Source: Myxococcales bacterium (GTDB lineage Bacteria > Myxococcota > UBA727 > JABDBI01). From it: 64,000 nt of DNA. The DNA is taken from contig CP060221.1 of NCBI GenBank assembly GCA_023898405.1, positions 1,719,381 to 1,783,380 of the forward strand, in the 5' to 3' direction. This document shows positions 39,650 to 47,966 of the stretch, piece by piece; the first letter of the stretch is position 1; each line of letters begins with the position of its first letter. Both the position numbers and the translations under genes were made by a program. Below the pieces are notes generated by a model, which had not been told where the DNA came from, did no database searches, and worked only from the letters and a program-made list of their open reading frames with translations.

Positions 39650-40336
39650 TTAGATCTCAAATTGCACGCAGACGGGAGATTTTTTAGAAGTCGATACGCT
39701 TGGGGGTTTTATATAGTTGGGTTTGATGGTTTCACTTTCATCAATGATGCCAAACTCGTTTACTCGATCGAGACAGGCATGCACCACACCGCTTGAGCTG
39801 GGTCCAAGAAGAGTGAGAGATTGCGGGCCACTATCCTGATCAGAAATGACAAGTGATGACGAGGCAGCATGCTTGAGGGCTTCGTTTTTGTCCACAACCA
39901 AAGTTTGAGAATATTGATACAATTGTGAATCTTTTTTGCTAAAGCCACTGAAGTACACAAGATTGCCGCTTGCTTTAGTGATGACTGAAGAGCTGTCATG
40001 CAATTTATCGCAGGAGTAGGCTAAGGCCAAAGATGAAGAAAAGCCCATGATAGGGATCGAGCGTCCAAAGGCGAAACCCAAGGCCGTAGCTAGACTTATT
40101 CTAAGGCCCACAAAAGATCCTGGCCCCAAACCTGTCATCACAAGTTTTAATGAGTAGCCATTTAAATTTCTTAGAACTGTTTCTAAGGTGCCGCACAAGG
40201 CTGTGCTGTGTGACATTTTATGCTCAAGAGAGTGGTCGCTTAAAATAAGGCCGTCTTGGGTGAAGACCACTACTCTCCCGTGCTCAAATGCAGTGTCGAT
40301 AGCGAGTATGATATTTTGATTGATAGTCATTGGCAT
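39650..40336 (-). CDS. tsaB: tRNA threonylcarbamoyladenosine biosynthesis protein TsaB (YeaZ)
   Basis: 228 aa; N-terminal ILAIDTA and LVMTGLGPGSFVGLRISLATALGFA typical of TsaB. Confidence 0.8.
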   Translation of the reverse strand: MPMTINQNIILAIDTAFEHGRVVVFTQDGLILSDHSLEHKMSHSTALCGTLETVLRNLNGYSLKLVMTGLGPGSFVGLRISLATALGFAFGRSIPIMGFSSSLALAYSCDKLHDSSSVITKASGNLVYFSGFSKKDSQLYQYSQTLVVDKNEALKHAASSSLVISDQDSGPQSLTLLGPSSSGVVHACLDRVNEFGIIDESETIKPNYIKPPSVSTSKKSPVCVQFEI

Positions 40337-40463
40337 AATCCCATTTAGTTATTTTTTGTATAGTTTATAATTTTTTGGTCAATGCCCATCATAAATCGAT
40401 TAAGGGGGGCTTGCAGAGCATATTTTTCCCACCTACTTTTGCAGCAGTTAACCCGAGGTCATT

Positions 40464-40796
40464 ATGTCTGATAATCCCCATATAAAAACACTTACCGATT
40501 CAAATTTTGATGCAGAAGTAAAACAACAAAACGTGCCTGTTTTGGTGGATTTTTGGGCTGCATGGTGTGCTCCATGTCGCGCAATAGCTCCACACTTAGA
40601 AGATCTTGCAAGCAAATATAATGGTCAGGCGGTTGTGGCCAAGCTTAATGTTGACGAACAACCTCAAACTGCAGGTAATTTGGGTATCAGAGCGCTACCA
40701 ACCTTATTGCTATTTAAAAATGGCCAAGTGGTAGAGCAGATGGTTGGAGCGGTATCAAAAGATCGGATTGACGCTCTCATTAAGTCTCATATCTAG
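40464..40796 (+). CDS. trxA: Thioredoxin
   Basis: 110 aa; active site WAAWCAPCR in a canonical thioredoxin fold. Confidence 0.9.
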   Translation: MSDNPHIKTLTDSNFDAEVKQQNVPVLVDFWAAWCAPCRAIAPHLEDLASKYNGQAVVAKLNVDEQPQTAGNLGIRALPTLLLFKNGQVVEQMVGAVSKDRIDALIKSHI

Positions 40797-41687
40797 ATGT
40801 TAATCTTAAGGCTAAGCGCTATTTTATTTGTTTTGTTGTGGAATGCTTCCGTGAAAGCCTCATGCTGTGCATCGGGATCGAGCGGTGGCATTGGCCGTTT
40901 GTTGCCTTATGAAAGAGCACTGATAGAGCTTTCGCATGACGCGCACTATATTGTTGGTCAGTTTAACGAAAGTACTCGTTTTAGGGCGGGAGTAGCTGAG
41001 CCATTGCCTGTGTGGCAATTCAATCATGAGCTTCAAGTGATGACTCGCCTCGCTCCATTTTTCCTTCCTTTCATTAAGCTGCCTGTCCGTACAAAAATAA
41101 GTTCGAAAGAGACTATTTCTGCCTTAGCAGATCTCAGTCTGGGGGCACGCTGGCCCATTGTGAAGGAAAACTATTTTTTGCATTGGCCTGGATTAAACTT
41201 ATTTTCGACATTACAGATGCCTACAGGAACGAGTAGCGAAAAAAATGCTGAGTTTTCAGCAAATGGGTCCACAGGGGCGGGCGTTTGGCTTTTGAGTTTG
41301 GGGGCCAACGTAGAAAAAAGTCTTGGGAAATTTTTATGGACATTTGCTTATACCTACAGCTTTGAAACACGACTCTTTAAAAAGCATGGTTATGCTCACG
41401 GTCCTACGCATGCTCCGTCGATAAATGTATCTTTTCCGTTAATTGAAATGCACCAGCTGAGCTTTGGCTTGAGCGCTGTCTTTAATGAACCCTTTCGTTA
41501 CGATGCTAAACGAGTGCGCAATTCTTCCAATCGTAAGATAAGTCTTAGTAGTGTCTATGCATGGAAATTTCATAGTCATATGACACTTAACTGTTCTCTG
41601 GGGGCTGACATGCCGATTTATGGTTTAGGAAAAAACACCAATAGCGAAATTTTTATGCGCTTAGGTATGCGCGTTGGAGTGTTTTAA
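40797..41687 (+). CDS. Hypothetical outer-membrane beta-barrel protein (putative)
   Basis: 296 aa; signal peptide, alternating amphipathic strands, C-terminal Phe (MRVGVF). Start abuts the trxA stop. Confidence 0.45.
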   Translation: MLILRLSAILFVLLWNASVKASCCASGSSGGIGRLLPYERALIELSHDAHYIVGQFNESTRFRAGVAEPLPVWQFNHELQVMTRLAPFFLPFIKLPVRTKISSKETISALADLSLGARWPIVKENYFLHWPGLNLFSTLQMPTGTSSEKNAEFSANGSTGAGVWLLSLGANVEKSLGKFLWTFAYTYSFETRLFKKHGYAHGPTHAPSINVSFPLIEMHQLSFGLSAVFNEPFRYDAKRVRNSSNRKISLSSVYAWKFHSHMTLNCSLGADMPIYGLGKNTNSEIFMRLGMRVGVF

Positions 41688-42271
41688 TGCAAAAGATATC
41701 TTTGCTCTTGCTAATTTTTTTGACCGGATGTCAAGCTGCCTATCATGTAAAACTTGATCGTGTGCGCTCTGTTGAGCTCGACACTCCATCGCTTGCTTTA
41801 GAGGCAGCGGATGGTTCGTTTCATCGTCTTTCTAAGCTCTATAAAAAAAACCGTGGAACTGTTTTGGTTTTTTGGCAAACAGCATGTCCGTGCGTAAAAA
41901 GATATCAAAAGCGAGTCATCGATCTAAACGAGCGTTATCGGGTTCATGGAATAAAATTTCTACACCTTTCGAGCAATACTAATGAATCCTTTGAAAGGGT
42001 AAAGAATGAATACAACAAACGTCAAATTCCCCTTACTTTGATGCGTGATAATAATGCTGTGATAGCAAAAGCCTTGGGAGCTAAGGGAACACCCACAGCA
42101 ATTCTTATTGATCAAAGAGGGCGTGTTCAATTCATGGGATGGATCGATAACGAGCGTGATGTTGGTGAATCTGGGCGTATTGCTTATTTGGAAGATGCCC
42201 TCGAGCAATTTATAGGCGCTAAACCCATCAGCGTGCCAACATCTCCCATGTTTGGCTGTGCGATTTACTAG
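41687..42271 (+). CDS. Thioredoxin-fold thiol-disulfide oxidoreductase lipoprotein (TlpA/redoxin-like)
   Basis: 194 aa; lipobox LTGC; thioredoxin-fold motif VLVFWQTACPCV. Confidence 0.65.
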   Translation: MQKISLLLLIFLTGCQAAYHVKLDRVRSVELDTPSLALEAADGSFHRLSKLYKKNRGTVLVFWQTACPCVKRYQKRVIDLNERYRVHGIKFLHLSSNTNESFERVKNEYNKRQIPLTLMRDNNAVIAKALGAKGTPTAILIDQRGRVQFMGWIDNERDVGESGRIAYLEDALEQFIGAKPISVPTSPMFGCAIY

Positions 42272-42283
42272 CTCTGAATTCTG

Positions 42284-43120
42284 TTATCGATTTATAGACC
42301 AAGCACTGGCTTTTTTGTATTCGGCCATGCTGTGGGCTTGTTTCCAGCTCAGTATTTTTTGCTGTTCAAGAAGATTGGCTAAAGTAACAGCTTCAATTTT
42401 ATTGCTTATCTTTTGCAACAACTCTCCAGCGGCCTGGGCATCAGCCTGTGCTCTGTGAGCATTGTTGAGTGTGACGCCCCATCTTTGAGCAGCATCAACT
42501 AGTTTCTTGCCTTTCTTATAGCGATCCAGTTCGCAAATAAAAATATATGGATCTACCCAGGGGATATCCGGCAAAGCCATATCTACACGCGCTAGTTCAG
42601 ACTCTAAAAAGGGGCGATCAAACTTTGCATTGTAGGCTACGATAAAATCTGCATCTTTGAGAAGTTCTAAAATCTGTTGTGCTTTTGCACCAAAATGAGG
42701 TTGTCCATCAAGCATTTCATCACTTATACCAGTGATTCGTGTTATTTCGGGCGGAAGAGGCTCGCCAGTAGAAAATAATTGAGAAAAGTTATTATTTGAT
42801 GATGCATTGAATGGAACCATAGCGAGCTCAATTACACGGCAGGAGGCAGCATCGAGGCCTGTAGTCTCTACATCAAGAGCAATGAATGTTTTTTTAAACC
42901 AAGGTTTTTCTTCCACAAGAGAAAAATTTTTTAACTCTCCATTGATTTTAGCTATTTCCTTTCGAATAGATTCCAAAATTGGACTGAGCTTATTTTCTGA
43001 GGGAGAGTTATTAAAAGTGACTTCGAGAGATAAAGCGCTTGTTACAGGAGCATTTTCCATGACCGATGTCTGCTGTGCTGATTCAGTTGAAAATAAACCT
43101 AATTGGCCGTGAACGCCCAT
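42284..43120 (-). CDS. DnaQ-like 3'-5' exonuclease (DEDDh family)
   Basis: 278 aa; Exo motifs IALDVETTGLD, VAYNAKFDRPFL, HRAQADAQAAGELL; ~90-aa N-terminal extension of unknown function. Confidence 0.8.
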   Translation of the reverse strand: MGVHGQLGLFSTESAQQTSVMENAPVTSALSLEVTFNNSPSENKLSPILESIRKEIAKINGELKNFSLVEEKPWFKKTFIALDVETTGLDAASCRVIELAMVPFNASSNNNFSQLFSTGEPLPPEITRITGISDEMLDGQPHFGAKAQQILELLKDADFIVAYNAKFDRPFLESELARVDMALPDIPWVDPYIFICELDRYKKGKKLVDAAQRWGVTLNNAHRAQADAQAAGELLQKISNKIEAVTLANLLEQQKILSWKQAHSMAEYKKASAWSINR

Positions 43121-43378
43121 TTTATTCTCCTCAATGAAAATTTAAAGAAGCCCTATACTACATTGCTAAAGCCTTGGATATATCCCTTGTCCAGTCAATC
43201 TACGATAAAATATTGATGGATTCTTGTAGACCAGGTTATTGGTTAAAATATTTGACCTTTTCGAAAGAGTACATCTTCTAGCAACTTAGAAAAACTGAGC
43301 CTATACTAGACCGAAGGCCTGTGTTTTGGTGGAAGAAGATCAGTTTTATCAAATCGAATTGATAAGTAAGGATAGCTT

Positions 43379-44794
43379 ATGGGACATCTAAACGATGGAG
43401 CTAGTAGGCAATTACGTCGAAGAATCCAACAAATTGAATGTGAAATTGTGCGCCTACTCTGCGATGAACCTGATTGGCTTGATACTCATGATAGCGCGTC
43501 TTTGCGGTGGGCGTTGTCGCTTGCCCGTTTAACACGAATTAAAAATCCTGACATTTCTTTAGGGCATGCCAGCGATCGTTATCGAGCTGAATTGTATGCC
43601 TTACTTTCTGAAGCATTGCTTAACGGGATCAACAAAGAAAAAATTAAAGAGCTTCTTCCGAGTATTACCGTATTGGCTAAAAAAGAGCGCAGAGATTTAT
43701 TGTCGTTGTTTTCACTGCTCACTCCGGAAATTTTGGACGAAGCAGTACGAAGACGGCCTTTGGCATTGACTATGAGCGGTGGAGGAGGAACTGCATTTGT
43801 TTTTGTTGGTGCTCTTTACGCTCTTGAAGAAAGCGGCATTACTCCAAGTGTCATCAGTGGCTCATCGATGGGAGCAATATTGGGAGCATACCGAGCTCGA
43901 ACCAAGCACTTTTCTTTTGATGGTGTTGATGCGCTAGTAGAGAAAACTTCATGGGGAAAAATTGCACAGAGTTATTCGGGGCCAAGCCGGTTTGGCGTAC
44001 CTGCCACCTTCAGGTTATATTTGCGGGATGTAGTGGGGCACGAATTTGAATACGAAGACAGGTTCATGCGTCTTAAGGATCTTGAAATACCTTTAAGGGT
44101 ATGTGTAGCAGGTCTTTGCTCTCAGTCAAAAGAATATGATGAAGAGTTGGCTGCTTATGCGCATGCGTTTGATGAAAACCCCAAAGAAAAAAGTAGGAAA
44201 AGTAAATCTGTTATTTCTCTAATTTTGGATTTCGCTCAAAAACCTCTCAAAGCTGTTTATCTTGGAGGAGATGAACTGACAGCGGAGTTTGATGTACTTG
44301 ATGCCATAGGTTTTTCGGCCGCTATTCCAGGTATCTTTCATTATGACATTATGAGAAACGACCCTCGTATGATTGCTTTGGTGAGCAATCTTTTTGCTAA
44401 AGAAGGTATTTTTCGCTTAATTGATGGTGGTTTTGTCGACAATTTGCCTATGCAGGAAGCTATCAATGCTGTGGCCGAGGGGATATGCGATGGCTACGAT
44501 CCATTTGCTTTGGCGCTCGATAGTTTTAGTCCAGGATTTAATCGGCATATTCTTTTTTATCCCCTGATGCGTTTTGCAACAGAAAATAGCAGAGTAGGGC
44601 ATGAAGCTTCAGACTTAACTATTTTTTTTCGGGAAGTACTTTCTCCTATAAATTTGGTACCTACAAAGAAAACTTTTCAGTACGCCATTGATCATGGCCA
44701 TAGGGAATTTTCGGCTCATCTCCCTTTTATTCGTAAAATGGTTGGTCCTATCCCAGATCCAAGTTGGCTTAAAGAAAGCCTGATAAAGAATTAA
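43379..44794 (+). CDS. Patatin-like phospholipase with N-terminal helical extension
   Basis: 471 aa; glycine-rich loop LTMSGGGGTAF, nucleophile GSSMGA, catalytic Asp motif IDGGFVDNLP. Confidence 0.8.
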   Translation: MGHLNDGASRQLRRRIQQIECEIVRLLCDEPDWLDTHDSASLRWALSLARLTRIKNPDISLGHASDRYRAELYALLSEALLNGINKEKIKELLPSITVLAKKERRDLLSLFSLLTPEILDEAVRRRPLALTMSGGGGTAFVFVGALYALEESGITPSVISGSSMGAILGAYRARTKHFSFDGVDALVEKTSWGKIAQSYSGPSRFGVPATFRLYLRDVVGHEFEYEDRFMRLKDLEIPLRVCVAGLCSQSKEYDEELAAYAHAFDENPKEKSRKSKSVISLILDFAQKPLKAVYLGGDELTAEFDVLDAIGFSAAIPGIFHYDIMRNDPRMIALVSNLFAKEGIFRLIDGGFVDNLPMQEAINAVAEGICDGYDPFALALDSFSPGFNRHILFYPLMRFATENSRVGHEASDLTIFFREVLSPINLVPTKKTFQYAIDHGHREFSAHLPFIRKMVGPIPDPSWLKESLIKN

Positions 44795-44885
44795 ATTTTT
44801 TTTTAAAACAAGTTCGTTTCAAACTCAACAAAACCATTAGTGTACAGCGTAAAATAAATACGCTCACTTTTTGCTCGGGGGGCAA

Positions 44886-45743
44886 ATGGTTTTCGATTTT
44901 GATGATTTTGATGTGAGGGAGCGTTTCTACTCAATAGAAGAAAAAACCGAACAATTGCGAATGGAGTTGGATACACTCAAGCCCGAAGAACAACATGCAT
45001 TTAATGAAATTTGTGCTCAAGCATATATTTTTCACGATTCAGCGCTTGAAGGTTTAGTGGTGAGCGGTGATGAAATAAGTTCTGTTTTTAGCACCGATAC
45101 CGATGCTCAGTATATTCGCAGCAGGGTACTGCAGGAAATCCGTAATCATCGAAAAAAACTGCAGGAATTTATTAATCATGCGGCCAGAGTAAGGCATAAC
45201 AGTGCAGTCTATCGTTCAGCTGAGGTTACCATAGAGAATATTTTGGCAACTCACGAAGCTTTATTTGCGAGCGTACCAAGAAAAGAGCCTGGCCAACTGC
45301 GTTGTCAAACTCCTCTTCATATCGCTTATTTTCATGAACTCTGTGAGCCAGAAAAGATTAAAGATCGTCTTTTAGAGCTATGTGAAAAAACCAGAGATCC
45401 TGAATTTCGTACACAGCATCCCATTAATCAGGCGGTGCTCTTTCATTTTTATTTTATGCAAATTTTTCCCTTTCTAGATGGATGTGGCAAGGTTGGGCGT
45501 CTTTTTATGAATAGTTTTCTCATGCAAGGCGGCTATGAGCTAGCGATTATTCATGGAAGTGATCGGCAGCAATACTATGAGACCCTCAAGGAAGGTCCTG
45601 AATCATTGCGACTTTTACTACTAGACAGTATTGATGCTGCACTTGATTCTCGGGCTAATTTTATTAAAGAAATCGACCTTTCCCGTTCAACTGGCCGAAT
45701 TTTTTATAAAAAAACAAAAGAGTATGAGCGAGCAGTCCCTTAG
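44886..45743 (+). CDS. Fic/DOC-fold protein with non-canonical active-site motif
   Basis: Fic-like helices (AQAYIFHDSALEGLVVSGDEIS; HPINQAVLFHFYFMQIFPFLDGCGKVGRLFMNSFLMQGGY). Canonical HPFx(D/E)GNGRxxR is replaced by FPFLDGCGKVGR (45465..45500). ATG at 44886; ORF track begins at TTG 44871. Confidence 0.6.
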   Translation: MVFDFDDFDVRERFYSIEEKTEQLRMELDTLKPEEQHAFNEICAQAYIFHDSALEGLVVSGDEISSVFSTDTDAQYIRSRVLQEIRNHRKKLQEFINHAARVRHNSAVYRSAEVTIENILATHEALFASVPRKEPGQLRCQTPLHIAYFHELCEPEKIKDRLLELCEKTRDPEFRTQHPINQAVLFHFYFMQIFPFLDGCGKVGRLFMNSFLMQGGYELAIIHGSDRQQYYETLKEGPESLRLLLLDSIDAALDSRANFIKEIDLSRSTGRIFYKKTKEYERAVP

Positions 45744-45827
45744 TTTATAAAATGTTAAAACAGCTATTGAAAAATAGCTTGCATACTCTAAACTCAGCAG
45801 GAGTATGGTAATGACAGGATAAAACCA

Positions 45828-47036
45828 ATGTTTAAAAAAATTTTTTTTAGTATGTTCTTTATTGTAGGACTATCAGCTTGTGGGGATTGGCCCTTAGGAA
45901 GCTCTAAGTCCAGTGGTGACAGCAGTACAGGCAATGAACAAAAAAATTCTGAAAACCAAAAGAATAGCAAAAATAATCGGCAATCTCAGGCCGGCTCCTA
46001 TAATATCGCTGTTGCACCAGGAGGAGGGCTTAATGCTTATACCTCTTTGTATTTAAGCAAAAAATTTGAACAGGCAGCAGGAAAAAAAATCCCTGAGCTT
46101 TTTGACCTTTATTGGGGGCTCTCTGGCGGTGCTTTAGCGGCAAGTTTATATATGACTGGCCAAGGTGATAAGGCTTTAGAAAATTTTAAAAGAGATGTCG
46201 ACAAAGCCTTTCCGACCAAAGATTCACTTATAACTAACGCCATGCCTTTGCTCTTTGGCGACCAGGGACAGATTGATGCTTTGAAAAGGTTAGCGCTGGA
46301 TGAAGATGGTCAACGAAGACAAGCATTTGAAAAAGCATTAAAAGCAAATATAGGAGAAAAGAAATTTTCTGATCAAGGACAGGATCGCTTTGTTTTTGTT
46401 GCTAGTGTTGATGCTAATCCTTATTGTTATGGCGCTCCAAGCATTAAACTTCCCCAAATATGCTCCCATAGAAATCCTGCAGGAGCGCGTGTGATAGATG
46501 GCATAGTAAATAGCTCAAATTTTCAGTTATCCGTAAGCAGTTTGTTAGGTGGATTTGCCAATTTAATACCACGAGATATTACATCTCTAAGCCTCTTTAA
46601 ACGCCAAGCACTAACAGTAGCTGCTAAGCAAGTACCTATCGTTGACGGATTTCTTATTCGCAAAGATCTGAGCGATGGTAACTCACCTTTGCCTTTGGTG
46701 ATTGATTATCTTTTGCAATTTAAAAATCAAAATAATAGCGAACATAATATTGTGGTTTTTGATAATGGTTCTGGATCAATCGCTGATTATAAAAATCAAA
46801 AATTTCGTGATGATATCGGAATTAAAAATGGTTATGCACAAATTAAAAGCGGTGGCGTTGTGATCAATATCTATTTATTGGACATGAATGTGACAAGAGC
46901 CCAATTTGATAGTTGGATATTTGATCAAAGTGACAAGCACTGGGCCGATGCAGAGCAGATGGTCGATCAAAGTGTTAGTGGATCTATAAAACAACTTTTT
47001 GATAGGGCTATCGATGCTGTAAAGAAAAATATGTAG
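45828..47036 (+). CDS. Lipoprotein with divergent patatin-like / GxSxG hydrolase motifs
   Basis: 402 aa; lipobox GLSAC; motifs VAPGGGLNAY and WGLSGGALAA in patatin-like spacing; low-complexity Ser/Asn/Gln linker after the lipobox. Confidence 0.5.
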   Translation: MFKKIFFSMFFIVGLSACGDWPLGSSKSSGDSSTGNEQKNSENQKNSKNNRQSQAGSYNIAVAPGGGLNAYTSLYLSKKFEQAAGKKIPELFDLYWGLSGGALAASLYMTGQGDKALENFKRDVDKAFPTKDSLITNAMPLLFGDQGQIDALKRLALDEDGQRRQAFEKALKANIGEKKFSDQGQDRFVFVASVDANPYCYGAPSIKLPQICSHRNPAGARVIDGIVNSSNFQLSVSSLLGGFANLIPRDITSLSLFKRQALTVAAKQVPIVDGFLIRKDLSDGNSPLPLVIDYLLQFKNQNNSEHNIVVFDNGSGSIADYKNQKFRDDIGIKNGYAQIKSGGVVINIYLLDMNVTRAQFDSWIFDQSDKHWADAEQMVDQSVSGSIKQLFDRAIDAVKKNM

Positions 47037-47060
47037 TGGCGATATAGTTTTTATGAACAA

Positions 47061-47082
47061 AACCAGCCTCAGGCTGGTTTGT
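47061..47082 (+). terminator. Putative terminator hairpin
   Basis: AACCAGCC-TCA-GGCTGGTT perfect 8-bp stem followed by TTGTC and an A/T-rich run. Confidence 0.4.
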
Positions 47083-47106
47083 CATAAAAAATTATAAAGG
47101 AAGACT

Positions 47107-47919
47107 ATGAACAAATTAGCATTAGTTCTTGTTTTGCCATTTGTGTTTGTAGCTTGTGGCCAAGATCATGAATTTACTGAAACAAAAGATATATCTTTGG
47201 AAGATGGAGCTAGAATCGAAGAAGATATATTCAAAAATGTCGATAAAGATCCTCAGTCAATCACCAAGCCTGTTGTGCCTAAGCCAAACTTAGAAAAACA
47301 AAAATCTGAACAGAGAAAAAATGAACTCAAAGCTTTTCAAGAAAAGCTTAAAGAAGAACTTAGTAAGTTAGAAGCTAACAAAATAGCATACGATTGGGCC
47401 AAAAAGCATGAAATTTTTTTTAAAGCTGATGCGGAAAGTGCCAATGGCCGTAAAAAAAATGAGATATTACAAAATATAGGAAAGACCGAAAATTTTGTTG
47501 TGACGCTGGAGAGCGCAGTAAGTAATGCAGATTTTCCAAAAACCAATGCTGATTGGGTGAAATTGATAACAGATCCATCGAAAAAAACACATCCGCATCG
47601 CCAATTATATGATGAATTTCTTGGGGACTATCAACCCGGAGGCAATCCTGATGTTAAGTGGGATTACGAAACCATTTTAAAGCTTGCAAAAGATAAAGTA
47701 AAAAGAGTGAAAGACATCTTAGACAATCCTTATCTTTCCAAAGTAAGAGATTACGCTACGCTTAGGGAAGAATTTCAAAAGCTGTTGACCACAGATAAAA
47801 AGGATTTGGCTGAGAAGTACAAAAAAATTGATGAAAGAATAAAAGATATTGATAAAGAGCTTCGTTATCCAGACATCAGTGATTTGGTGTTTAAGCGTTT
47901 GATGGAAGCGATAAAGTAA
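47107..47919 (+). CDS. Hypothetical Lys/Glu-rich lipoprotein
   Basis: 270 aa; lipobox FVACG; highly charged, likely coiled-coil; no recognisable domain. Confidence 0.5.
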   Translation: MNKLALVLVLPFVFVACGQDHEFTETKDISLEDGARIEEDIFKNVDKDPQSITKPVVPKPNLEKQKSEQRKNELKAFQEKLKEELSKLEANKIAYDWAKKHEIFFKADAESANGRKKNEILQNIGKTENFVVTLESAVSNADFPKTNADWVKLITDPSKKTHPHRQLYDEFLGDYQPGGNPDVKWDYETILKLAKDKVKRVKDILDNPYLSKVRDYATLREEFQKLLTTDKKDLAEKYKKIDERIKDIDKELRYPDISDLVFKRLMEAIK

Positions 47920-47966
47920 ATAAATTGCTTGCAAAAAAATATATGCTGCAGTTGGGCGCAGCTCAC

